NCBI GenBank assembly: GCA_040307645.1
Contig: JAWRJF010000096.1
Span: 8,054 to 72,053 of the forward strand
Direction of reading: 5' to 3'
Source: Anaerovoracaceae bacterium
GTDB lineage: Bacteria; Bacillota; Clostridia; Peptostreptococcales; Anaerovoracaceae
DNA length: 64,000 nucleotides
In this document: one piece after another, positions 27,635 to 35,512 of the stretch
How positions within the stretch are numbered: the stretch's first letter is position 1
Layout: each line of letters starts with the position of its first letter
Notes under the pieces: generated by a model
Databases searched by the model: none
What the model was told of the DNA's origin: nothing
The model's input: only the letters and a program-made list of their open reading frames with translations
Program-made: the position numbers and the translations under genes

Positions 27635-29398
27635 TTATTTAATATATTTTTTCGCCCCATCAATTATCTCAGAGCTTATACCAAGCATCTTTGCAATATT
27701 AAGGGCATCCTTAGGTACTTCACCTTTTTGTTCTACTCTACATAGCCTATAATCCATGTATTTGGAAATTATATTTATCCTATCACGACGGTTAGCATAT
27801 TTGATTTCTCTGTCCAAAAGTGTAAAATCTGCATTCGCTAAACCTATAACTTGCATATTTACTACGCCTTCTTTCTCAGTTACAGTCTCAAAATGTGTCG
27901 TAATTAAGGAAATATACGGTTTTAACATGAGATAATCTACAATGGATTTTGTCAAAGCTAAACCTTCAACAGGGTTAGTTCCACTTGCAATCTCATCTAC
28001 TAAAATAACAGAACGGTCTCTGCCATTATCTAAAATTTCTTTTAGCTCTTCCATTTCTGAACCAAAAGAGGATAGACCACGTTCAACGGACTGGCTGTCA
28101 CCTATTAAAATCTGCATGTAGTTGGATAAACCAATCTTTGCCTTTTTAGCAGGAACGAAAAATCCGTATTGTGCCATAATTGCTATCTGTCCTGCGAGCT
28201 TAAGGGAAATCGTCTTACCTCCCATATTCGCTCCTGTGATACAAGTAACTCCATCCTTTAATGCAATGGAAATCGGGCAAAATTCCTTGCCCTTAGACTT
28301 AAGAATTCCTTCTACCTGAAGGTTTCTACCATCTTCATATTCTATAATATGTTCCTGAACAATCTCAGGCTTAGATAAATTTCTATTTATTGCATAAATT
28401 CCACGGGCCATGGCTAACTCCAATTGGCCGATGGTTTCACAGTTCTTTAAAAGCTTATCCCTGTGTTTTGAAATCTTCTGTGAAAGAACTTCTCTTATTC
28501 TATCTTCTTCAGACTCTATTTCCATATTCAACTTTTCCATTGTCTCAGTGAACTTATGAACTTCTTCCGAAGGCTTAAGCTGGAATGTCACACTCATGTA
28601 GTCTTGATCTTTTTCTTCTAATTCACTTAGAGCTTTTATCTTTTCAAAATCCGGATGAGATCTTGCAACTACAATGTCAAACTTAGGTGTCAACTGAACT
28701 CCATGTTGTCTTCTAAGCTCTTCCCTTGCTTTCTTTTGAACACGCCTAATCTCAAGCTCATATTCTCTTTTTTTCTTTCTATAATCACCTAACAGTGAAC
28801 TGAATTCATCATATATATAGAAAGTATTCAATCTATCTTTTCTCGGATCAAGTTCATCTAATAAGTCCTCTGTATCTTCGAGAATATACATTTCAGGAAC
28901 ATAATGAACTCCATTCTTTTCATTTTCTTTTAAGAAATTGACTTCTTCCTCTAAAGAATCTTCATCATCTGAAGTACTGCTGTCCTTAACCTGCTTAATG
29001 CAGTGACAGCTTACATAGTCTCCTACTTCCTTGAATTTTGTCAACTTTAAAAGTTGTCTCATTTGTAGTAACAGAGATTTTATCTCATAAATTTCAACAA
29101 CTGAAAGCACAGAGTTTTCGCTTCTTGAAATAGTATTAGAAGAATCCTTAATCTCCATGAATACCTCTTGAATTTTATCCTTTAAAATCGGGTTTTCCTT
29201 GACAAAGCCAATCATTTCGTCGATACGATTAAGTTCGTCTCTTAGAGCATCTTCTTCTCCTGGGAAAAAAGGTCTCATTTCCTTTAAGGCTTTCTTACCA
29301 AAGGGTGAAATCACATCCATCTTCAGCATAACATAATCCAAGCCGGTCTCTCGTCTTGTCTTAACATTAGATAATCTTCTGTTTGCACCGTCTAACAT
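27635..29398 (-). CDS. MutS-domain-V ATPase lacking a mismatch-binding domain; putative aminomutase reactivase component
   Basis: 587 aa. MutS-type ATPase motifs: Walker A GANMGGKTISLK, Walker B VILVDEIASGTNP, ITTHF. The N-terminal half is coiled-coil-like with no MutS domain I. It sits between kamA and kamD. Confidence 0.75.
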   Translation of the reverse strand: MLDGANRRLSNVKTRRETGLDYVMLKMDVISPFGKKALKEMRPFFPGEEDALRDELNRIDEMIGFVKENPILKDKIQEVFMEIKDSSNTISRSENSVLSVVEIYEIKSLLLQMRQLLKLTKFKEVGDYVSCHCIKQVKDSSTSDDEDSLEEEVNFLKENEKNGVHYVPEMYILEDTEDLLDELDPRKDRLNTFYIYDEFSSLLGDYRKKKREYELEIRRVQKKAREELRRQHGVQLTPKFDIVVARSHPDFEKIKALSELEEKDQDYMSVTFQLKPSEEVHKFTETMEKLNMEIESEEDRIREVLSQKISKHRDKLLKNCETIGQLELAMARGIYAINRNLSKPEIVQEHIIEYEDGRNLQVEGILKSKGKEFCPISIALKDGVTCITGANMGGKTISLKLAGQIAIMAQYGFFVPAKKAKIGLSNYMQILIGDSQSVERGLSSFGSEMEELKEILDNGRDRSVILVDEIASGTNPVEGLALTKSIVDYLMLKPYISLITTHFETVTEKEGVVNMQVIGLANADFTLLDREIKYANRRDRINIISKYMDYRLCRVEQKGEVPKDALNIAKMLGISSEIIDGAKKYIK

Positions 29399-29400
29399 AA

Positions 29401-30420
29401 TTACATCCTTACATCAATTACTGGGATATCCGGAATTGCTTTTTCCATCTCCTCTAATAAAAGTCGATTATCAAAAGTATATCCTAAAGGCGCCCAAGGG
29501 TTTACAGTTATTAATGCAATCTCAATTTTCTTGAGAACTCTTGGTTTAAAACCTTTTTTTCTAAATTTACCCCAGTCCATAGGGTTAATAAATATTTTTG
29601 TAGGGTCCTTTAAAACAAACTGTACTTGTTTAAGTTTTTTAGGACTTATATCTGAAATTACACTGTTAGTAAATGCCCCCGGAATATATACATGAGTAGT
29701 ATCTTCAGTAATTGCTTCATCAATATCTCTCGCTGCTCCTAATCCGGTTACAAGGTCAAGTTTCTTAAATTCTCCCTTAGCATTTATTATCATAATCTTA
29801 TCGTCAAAATTATTATTTTCAATTGCAATTCTTTGCGGCCCATCTTCTAATTCATCTGTGCCATAAAGATGCACTACATGTGCTGTTTCTTCCACCACTT
29901 TACTTATTTTACGGGAAAGTACAGCTCCTGTTGCAAGTATGATTGCATCTGATGTATCCGGTGATGCTATTGTTTTTCTATCTATGGCACCATCTATCAT
30001 GACTAAATCACATCCTGCTTCTAGCATTTCATCACAAAGAAGCTTCTGCTCCTTATTAATTACAGGGCCTGCAACTTGTACATAGCCTGCTTCTCTAACT
30101 CTACATATAAGTAGGGTTCCTATTGCCGTAGAGTAATTTGTCCTCTTTACAATTTCTAAACCTGCGTCAGATAGTTCATACAACAGAGAGGGAACCGCCA
30201 CTAATGTGTCTACATCTAAGTAAACTCTTGGCTTTTCTGTACCTGTAACTAAATCCTGTGTTTCTCCATCTCTACCTGTTGAAGTAATACCTAATCGAAC
30301 GCCTTCATCCATTGCTTCTTCTATGAGGTAATTTAGCGCAGTTGTCTTACCTGCATTTTTCGCCATTCCAACTATAGACAAGGTTTTGTATTTTTTTGCC
30401 AATTCTGACATTGTTGCCAT
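29401..30420 (-). CDS. P-loop NTPase of unknown function; putative partner of the MutS-like protein
   Basis: 339 aa. Walker A GMAKNAGKTT near the N-terminus and DGAIDR downstream. It is separated by 2 nt from the MutS-like gene. Confidence 0.6.
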   Translation of the reverse strand: MATMSELAKKYKTLSIVGMAKNAGKTTALNYLIEEAMDEGVRLGITSTGRDGETQDLVTGTEKPRVYLDVDTLVAVPSLLYELSDAGLEIVKRTNYSTAIGTLLICRVREAGYVQVAGPVINKEQKLLCDEMLEAGCDLVMIDGAIDRKTIASPDTSDAIILATGAVLSRKISKVVEETAHVVHLYGTDELEDGPQRIAIENNNFDDKIMIINAKGEFKKLDLVTGLGAARDIDEAITEDTTHVYIPGAFTNSVISDISPKKLKQVQFVLKDPTKIFINPMDWGKFRKKGFKPRVLKKIEIALITVNPWAPLGYTFDNRLLLEEMEKAIPDIPVIDVRM

Positions 30421-30478
30421 AATATGCTCCTTTTAAACATTCCTTGACTTACGTATAAATCTTGCAGTTATTTTAAAG

Positions 30479-30506
30479 TTTGGAAGGCTATTTGCAGCCT
30501 CCCAAA
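30479..30506 (-). terminator. Intercistronic 11-bp-stem hairpin after kamA (possible partial terminator or processing site)
   Basis: Minus strand reads TTTGGGAGGCT-GCAAAT-AGCCTTCCAAA followed by CTTTAAAAT. Confidence 0.3.
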
Positions 30507-30536
30507 CATAAATTTATTTTTCTAGGAACTTACAAA

Positions 30537-31796
30537 TTAGTGAGTGTTTCTTTCATGTCTAGCTAAGTTTGAAGGTTCCATTGATTTGATTTCTAAACCT
30601 TCACCTAAAGCAGAAACTCCCTGGTATTTGTAAGTCTTCTTGCCTGTGCAGTAGTCACAGTTACATTCTAATTCTGGAAGATGTGGTTCTGTATAAGTAG
30701 TAATTACACCTTCGTAGTTTCTCAAGATTACCTTGTTAGGAGTCTGAGAAATGATATACTGTGGCATTACTGGAGTCTTACCACCACCACCAGGAGCGTC
30801 AACTACGAATGTAGGTACTGCATATCCTGATGTATGTCCTCTTAGACCTTCAATGATTTCGATACCTTTAGCAACTGAAGTTCTAAAGTGTTCGATACCA
30901 ATTGATAAGTCACAGATGTAGATGTAGTAAGGTCTTACTCTGTTCTTAACTAATTTCTGAACTAATTCTCTCATGATATGTTTACAGTCATTAACTCCTC
31001 TTAAAAGTACTGACTGGTTTCCAAGAGGAACACCTGCATCTGCAAGCTTTCTGCAAGCTTCAGCAGCTTCTTCAGTTAATTCGTTTGGATGGTTGAAGTG
31101 AGTGTTTAACCAGATTGGATGATATTTCTTTAACATTGCGCAAAGATCATCTGTAATTCTCTGAGGCATTACAACTGGTGTTCTTGAACCGATTCTAACG
31201 ATTTCTACATGAGGAATCTTTCTTAGTTCGCTGATGATGTATTCTAATGTTTCATCTTCAACACAAAGAGCATCTCCACCTGAAAGAAGAACGTCTCTTA
31301 CAACTGGTGTTCTTCTGATGTAATCGATACATGCATCGATATCTTCTCTTGATCTAGCTCCGTCAGTTTCTCCTGCAAGTCTTCTTCTTGTACAATGTCT
31401 GCAGTACATTGAGCACTGGTCAGTGATTAAGAATAAAACTCTGTCTGGATATCTATGAGTTAAGCCAGGAGCTGGAGAGTCAGCGTCTTCGTGAAGTGGG
31501 TCTGCATCATCTGCTTCTGATCTGTGCATTTCAGCTAATGTAGGAACTGCCTGCATTCTTACTGGATCTCTTGGATCGTCTGGATCCATTAATGATGCAT
31601 AGTAAGGAGTAATACCTACTCTGAAACCGCCCATAACTTTTTCAATATCAGCTTTTTCTTTTTCTGTAAGGTTAACAACTGCACAGATATCTTCTACTGT
31701 TGAAAGTCTGTGAGAAACCTGCCAATGCCAGTCGTTCCACTGTTCATCTGTAACATCCTTGAATAAAGGAATGTCTTTCCAATTTCTTCTTGCCAT
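30537..31796 (-). CDS. kamA: L-lysine 2,3-aminomutase (radical SAM)
   Basis: 419 aa. CSMYCRHCTRRR radical-SAM motif and the KamA-type N-terminus (WKDIPLFKDVTDEQWNDWHWQ). Confidence 0.95.
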   Translation of the reverse strand: MARRNWKDIPLFKDVTDEQWNDWHWQVSHRLSTVEDICAVVNLTEKEKADIEKVMGGFRVGITPYYASLMDPDDPRDPVRMQAVPTLAEMHRSEADDADPLHEDADSPAPGLTHRYPDRVLFLITDQCSMYCRHCTRRRLAGETDGARSREDIDACIDYIRRTPVVRDVLLSGGDALCVEDETLEYIISELRKIPHVEIVRIGSRTPVVMPQRITDDLCAMLKKYHPIWLNTHFNHPNELTEEAAEACRKLADAGVPLGNQSVLLRGVNDCKHIMRELVQKLVKNRVRPYYIYICDLSIGIEHFRTSVAKGIEIIEGLRGHTSGYAVPTFVVDAPGGGGKTPVMPQYIISQTPNKVILRNYEGVITTYTEPHLPELECNCDYCTGKKTYKYQGVSALGEGLEIKSMEPSNLARHERNTH

Positions 31797-31835
31797 AATA
31801 ATTCTCCTTTTTATTATTAATTATTACAATAATTA

Positions 31836-32867
31836 TTAAGCATATAACTCAGAGAATAAGTTTCTTAACTTATCATTTTCTCTTAAGCACTGTAATGTGA
31901 TTTCTGCATGGCCTTTAGTGTATCCGTTACCGATAACCATATCGATATCTTTACCAACACCTTCAGCACCAAGAGCTGCTTTAGTGAAGCTTGTAGCCAT
32001 TGAGAAGAAGTATACAATACCTTCATCTTTACAGCAAAGGATTGATGACATTTCTGTGTTTTCGATGTTTACTACGTTAATTACTAGGTCTGCTAATTTT
32101 CCGTCTGTAGCTTCCATGATTTTATTGTATAGGCCAACTGCATCTGTTGCGTCTGCAATCATGTATTCGTCAGCAACGTCAACGCTCTTAGCTCTGTTAA
32201 TTGATCTTTCGAAACCGTCTACGCAGATTACTTTACCAGTAACTCCAGCTCTCTTCTTTGCTTCATATAGGCAAAGGATACCAGCTTTTCCGCCGCCACC
32301 GATTACAACTACAGTGTCGCCAGGCTTTACTAATTTAGCAGTCTGAGCAGGAGCTCCTGCAACGTCTAATGCTGATAATGCAAGACCTTCTGGAATATCA
32401 TCTGGAAGAACTGCATAAAGTCCACTCTGGAATAAGATAGCCTGTCCTTTTACGTCAACCTGGTCAATTTCTGGTCTAACGTCAGTGATTTCTTCTACCT
32501 TTAGTGGAGTAAGTGATAAAGATACTAATGTAGCAACCTTATCTCCAACTTTTAATTCACCTTCAAAGTTAGGTCCGATTTCTTTAACAGTACCGATTAA
32601 CATTCCGCCGGATCCTGTCCATGGGTTTTTATGTTTACCTGTTTTTTCGATAATGTCAAGAATAGTAGCTTTGATTTTTTCAACATCTCCGTCTGCTCTT
32701 CTTGAGATTTCAGTAAATGATGCTGAGTCAATATTTAAAGTCTGAACATCAATAAGAACCTCATTATCGTAAATTTCCATAGTGTTGTCAATAACATCTG
32801 CTGGTTGTGGTAATACTCCCTTTGGAGAAATTACTCTGTGTGTACCATAAGGGCATCCTTTTTTCAT
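31836..32867 (-). CDS. kdd: L-erythro-3,5-diaminohexanoate dehydrogenase
   Basis: 343 aa. Rossmann loop VVVIGGGGKAGI. First gene of the kamA/kamDE operon. AGGAGG RBS. Confidence 0.85.
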   Translation of the reverse strand: MKKGCPYGTHRVISPKGVLPQPADVIDNTMEIYDNEVLIDVQTLNIDSASFTEISRRADGDVEKIKATILDIIEKTGKHKNPWTGSGGMLIGTVKEIGPNFEGELKVGDKVATLVSLSLTPLKVEEITDVRPEIDQVDVKGQAILFQSGLYAVLPDDIPEGLALSALDVAGAPAQTAKLVKPGDTVVVIGGGGKAGILCLYEAKKRAGVTGKVICVDGFERSINRAKSVDVADEYMIADATDAVGLYNKIMEATDGKLADLVINVVNIENTEMSSILCCKDEGIVYFFSMATSFTKAALGAEGVGKDIDMVIGNGYTKGHAEITLQCLRENDKLRNLFSELYA

Positions 32868-33011
32868 AATTACATCCTCCTAAAAATCATTTAAATATAT
32901 GTAAACTTATGCTTTAGCATAACTCTAACCAAATACATTATATAGCAAATAGTTTTTTGTGTCCACTCTCAAGACGGTCTCCGAACCCAATCACCGAAAA
33001 AATATTTAGGC

Positions 33012-33059
33012 GAACCGTTTTGTGTTCGAACGGTAAATTGCTCGAACCAGTTATGGTTC
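33012..33059. promoter_or_regulatory. Two GAAC-N8-GTTC palindromes inside the kdd leader
   Basis: GAACCGTTTTGTGTTC at 33012-33027 and GAACCAGTTATGGTTC at 33044-33059. The second sits within the perfect 9-bp-arm palindrome CTCGAACCA/TGGTTCGAG. Confidence 0.55.
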
Positions 33060-33139
33060 GAGCATTAAATAGAGGTTTATTACGCTTTTATGCGCGAAAA
33101 GATTTTATGATATTTTTTCATTATCATGTATCTTAACAA

Positions 33140-33155
33140 TGCAAAGGCCGTGCCA
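33140..33155 (-). promoter_or_regulatory. Sigma-54 (-24/-12) promoter of the kdd-kamA...kamE operon
   Basis: The minus strand reads TGGCAC-GGCCT-TTGCA, a perfect match to the TGGCAC-N5-TTGCA consensus. Confidence 0.8.
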
Positions 33156-33207
33156 ACTTGTCTGTCTACATTTTCAGCCTTTTGCAGGCCTTCCCCTCTT
33201 ATGCCTC

Positions 33208-33254
33208 GAACCGTTTTGTGTTCATGTCAGATTTTGGCGAACTGTTTTGTGTTC
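33208..33254. promoter_or_regulatory. Two GAAC-N8-GTTC palindromes upstream of the sigma-54 promoter (probable activator binding sites)
   Basis: GAACCGTTTTGTGTTC at 33208-33223 and GAACTGTTTTGTGTTC at 33239-33254. They are spaced 31 bp apart and centred roughly 90 and 120 bp upstream of the expected start site. Confidence 0.6.
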
Positions 33255-33261
33255 AAAACTA

Positions 33262-35334
33262 TTAAAGTTGATATTTTTTCTTTTTTCTTACTAGTTGAGT
33301 CTGACTAATTCCTACGGCCTTTGCGGCTTTTCTTGTGCTTCCATATTTTTCGCAAGCATACTTTAATATATTTTTTTCGAAGTTTTCCACCATGCTTTCA
33401 AGATTTATGTTTTGTTCCTCATCACCAGGATCCATAGAGTCAGAGCTGGTAGTCTCGAATATCTCTGCGTGCAATTCCTTCATAACGTCAAATAATGTTA
33501 TGTTTTCTCCTTTTGCAGCAATTATTAATCTTTGGACTATATTTTCAAGCTCTCGTATATTACCCGGCCAGTCACATTGTTTCAAGTAGTCGATAGCATC
33601 TTCATCAATTCCTCTTTTTATGGAGAATTTTTCACTGTAAATCTTAAGGAAGTGTCGAACAAGTGCCGGTATGTCGCCTGTTCTCTCACTTAAGCTAGGC
33701 ACTCTTATTCTCACCACGTTTAGTCTGTAATACAAGTCTCGTCTAAAGCTTCCCTCTTCAATAATATCTTCTAAATCCCTGTTGGTTGCAGAAATTATTC
33801 TTACATTTGTTTTTACAGGTTTTACTCCCCCAACTCTAAAAAATTCACCGTCTTGAATAACTCTTAACAGTTTAGCCTGCATGTCCAGGGAAAGTTCCCC
33901 TATTTCGTCTAGAAATATTACACCATTATCGGCAAGCTCAAAGTATCCTTTTTTACCATTAGGGCTAGCACCTGTAAAGGCTCCTTTCTCATATCCAAAA
34001 AACTCCGATTCCAGTAAAGATGGTGAGATAGACGCGCAGTTTACTTTTATAAACGGAGCGACTTTCCTGCTACTGTTTTTCTGAATTATATTAGCAACCT
34101 TTTCTTTTCCGACTCCCGTTTCCCCCGTAATCAGGACATTGCAGTCATATTTTGATACCGACAGCATTTCATCAAGAACTGCCGCCATAGCTCGGCTTTC
34201 ACAAACAAAGTCTTCCAACATGGTCTGCCTCTGCCCCGACGCCTCAATCAGCCTAGTCTCACGGTTAATAGGATAGGCAGGGTCGTCATATATGGTAAGG
34301 TTAGAAGATGTTGCCCCTTTTATATAAGGGTCAAGTTCCCTTACCAAATCAATGTCGAATTCGTCGTAAGCTTCAAGATACCCGTCTGCGCATCTTATAT
34401 CCAGCTGCCTCGAAATTGATTCCGTTATGTAAAGCGCAATGTTATAGTTGTTTATAAGATTTGCAAAGACAACGGTACCTCCTGACTTAGTAGCCAGGAT
34501 ATTTATAGTTTCCGCCCCCGGAATATCAGCACAGTTAACAGAAACATCAAAAAGAGAATCCGCATTAAGTTTTTCAATACAATCCATAGGTTTTAGAATA
34601 TCCAAATAGTGTATTTCGCTAAAGGTAGAAGATAATAATTCGTCTATTGTTTTTCCTTTTACAACCAGATCGGTTTTTTTATCTAACAAGCAAACGATTT
34701 CCGCTCCATGTTTAGCTACTTTTCGTATTGCATATCCAAATAGAAGGTTACTCATCAAGTTGTTTCCAACAATCAAAAACTTCTTTTTACCAACGGCAAT
34801 ATTACTTATTCTATAAAGCGTCCCCGACTCATTTAAGGTAAACAACAGCAAGTCGGTAGGAACTCCCTGGGGTTTTCTTACCAGAGGTACCTCGGAATAT
34901 AAAACCGCATAACCCTCCACTTCTATTTGGCCAAAAGCCTTATCAATAGATGTTATTTTCGATATATATATTGGAACAGATGCCAAAGATGCGTTACAAA
35001 CTACTTCTTCTCCAGGCTTTAGATTTTTTTTATTATCAAATTTACTGCCCACTTCGTCAACAACGCCGTAAAACAATCCTCCTGTATCCGTTACAGGGTT
35101 ATGTAATTTCCCCCTCTTTATTACAATATCTATTATCTTTTGTTTTATTTTTTCTTCATTATTATTTACTTCCAGACAAATTTGTTTAAAGCTTGTTCCT
35201 TCCAAGTGTATCCTTTTTATATTTACTTTTATTTCTTCAGGTGTTATCACTCTGCTATTATCTAAGCGCCACGCAGATGTCGGTAACACATGCTGAGGCT
35301 CTAATACTCTATTAGTACCATAATTGTGGGTCAT
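33262..35334 (-). CDS. Sigma-54-dependent transcriptional activator with a Kdd-like N-terminal domain
   Basis: 690 aa. AAA+ sigma-54 interaction module (GETGVGKE, FFGYEKGAFTGA, IISATNRDL) and a C-terminal Fis-type HTH (GSTRKAAKAVGISQTQLVRK). The N-terminal ~345 aa are colinear with the adjacent Kdd. Confidence 0.9.
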   Translation of the reverse strand: MTHNYGTNRVLEPQHVLPTSAWRLDNSRVITPEEIKVNIKRIHLEGTSFKQICLEVNNNEEKIKQKIIDIVIKRGKLHNPVTDTGGLFYGVVDEVGSKFDNKKNLKPGEEVVCNASLASVPIYISKITSIDKAFGQIEVEGYAVLYSEVPLVRKPQGVPTDLLLFTLNESGTLYRISNIAVGKKKFLIVGNNLMSNLLFGYAIRKVAKHGAEIVCLLDKKTDLVVKGKTIDELLSSTFSEIHYLDILKPMDCIEKLNADSLFDVSVNCADIPGAETINILATKSGGTVVFANLINNYNIALYITESISRQLDIRCADGYLEAYDEFDIDLVRELDPYIKGATSSNLTIYDDPAYPINRETRLIEASGQRQTMLEDFVCESRAMAAVLDEMLSVSKYDCNVLITGETGVGKEKVANIIQKNSSRKVAPFIKVNCASISPSLLESEFFGYEKGAFTGASPNGKKGYFELADNGVIFLDEIGELSLDMQAKLLRVIQDGEFFRVGGVKPVKTNVRIISATNRDLEDIIEEGSFRRDLYYRLNVVRIRVPSLSERTGDIPALVRHFLKIYSEKFSIKRGIDEDAIDYLKQCDWPGNIRELENIVQRLIIAAKGENITLFDVMKELHAEIFETTSSDSMDPGDEEQNINLESMVENFEKNILKYACEKYGSTRKAAKAVGISQTQLVRKKKKYQL

Positions 35335-35358
35335 TTTCTGTTCGCTCCTTTTTTATCT

Positions 35359-35374
35359 GAACATAATTCGGTTC
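35359..35374. promoter_or_regulatory. GAAC-N8-GTTC palindrome upstream of the kal sigma-54 promoter
   Basis: GAACATAATTCGGTTC, ending 30 nt upstream of the -24 element. Confidence 0.5.
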
Positions 35375-35404
35375 ACATTTTTCGTCATTTCAATGATAAC
35401 CCAT

Positions 35405-35420
35405 TGGCACATATTTTGCA
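35405..35420 (+). promoter_or_regulatory. Sigma-54 (-24/-12) promoter of kal
   Basis: TGGCAC-ATATT-TTGCA, a perfect consensus match, about 90 nt upstream of the kal ATG. Confidence 0.8.
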
Positions 35421-35512
35421 ATATTAATTATAGGTGTTTACAATCATAAAGAATACTTATATAATAATTGTTGACACAAGTTTATAATAATTAATTTAAG
35501 GAGATTTATAAA

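Noticed and set aside
27635-29398. MutS-like gene as a mismatch-repair, MutS2 or phage-defence component
   Set aside because: It lacks a mismatch-binding domain and an Smr nuclease domain. It is co-oriented and tightly packed inside a metabolic sigma-54 operon between kamA and kamD. Context argues for a metabolic (reactivase-type) role.
32911-32933. Possible second, weak sigma-54 promoter (TTGGTTAGAGTTATGCT) just upstream of kdd
   Set aside because: Only the GG-N10-GC spacing and the TGC of the -12 box match. In AT-rich DNA this is easily a chance match. I mention it as an alternative explanation for the leader palindromes but do not call it as a feature.
33080-33127. 15-codon ORF (MIMKKYHKIFSRIKA) in the kdd leader as a possible leader peptide
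   Set aside because: It has no RBS, and its ATG would sit within about 3 nt of the predicted sigma-54 start site. No attenuator-like alternative hairpins are tied to it.
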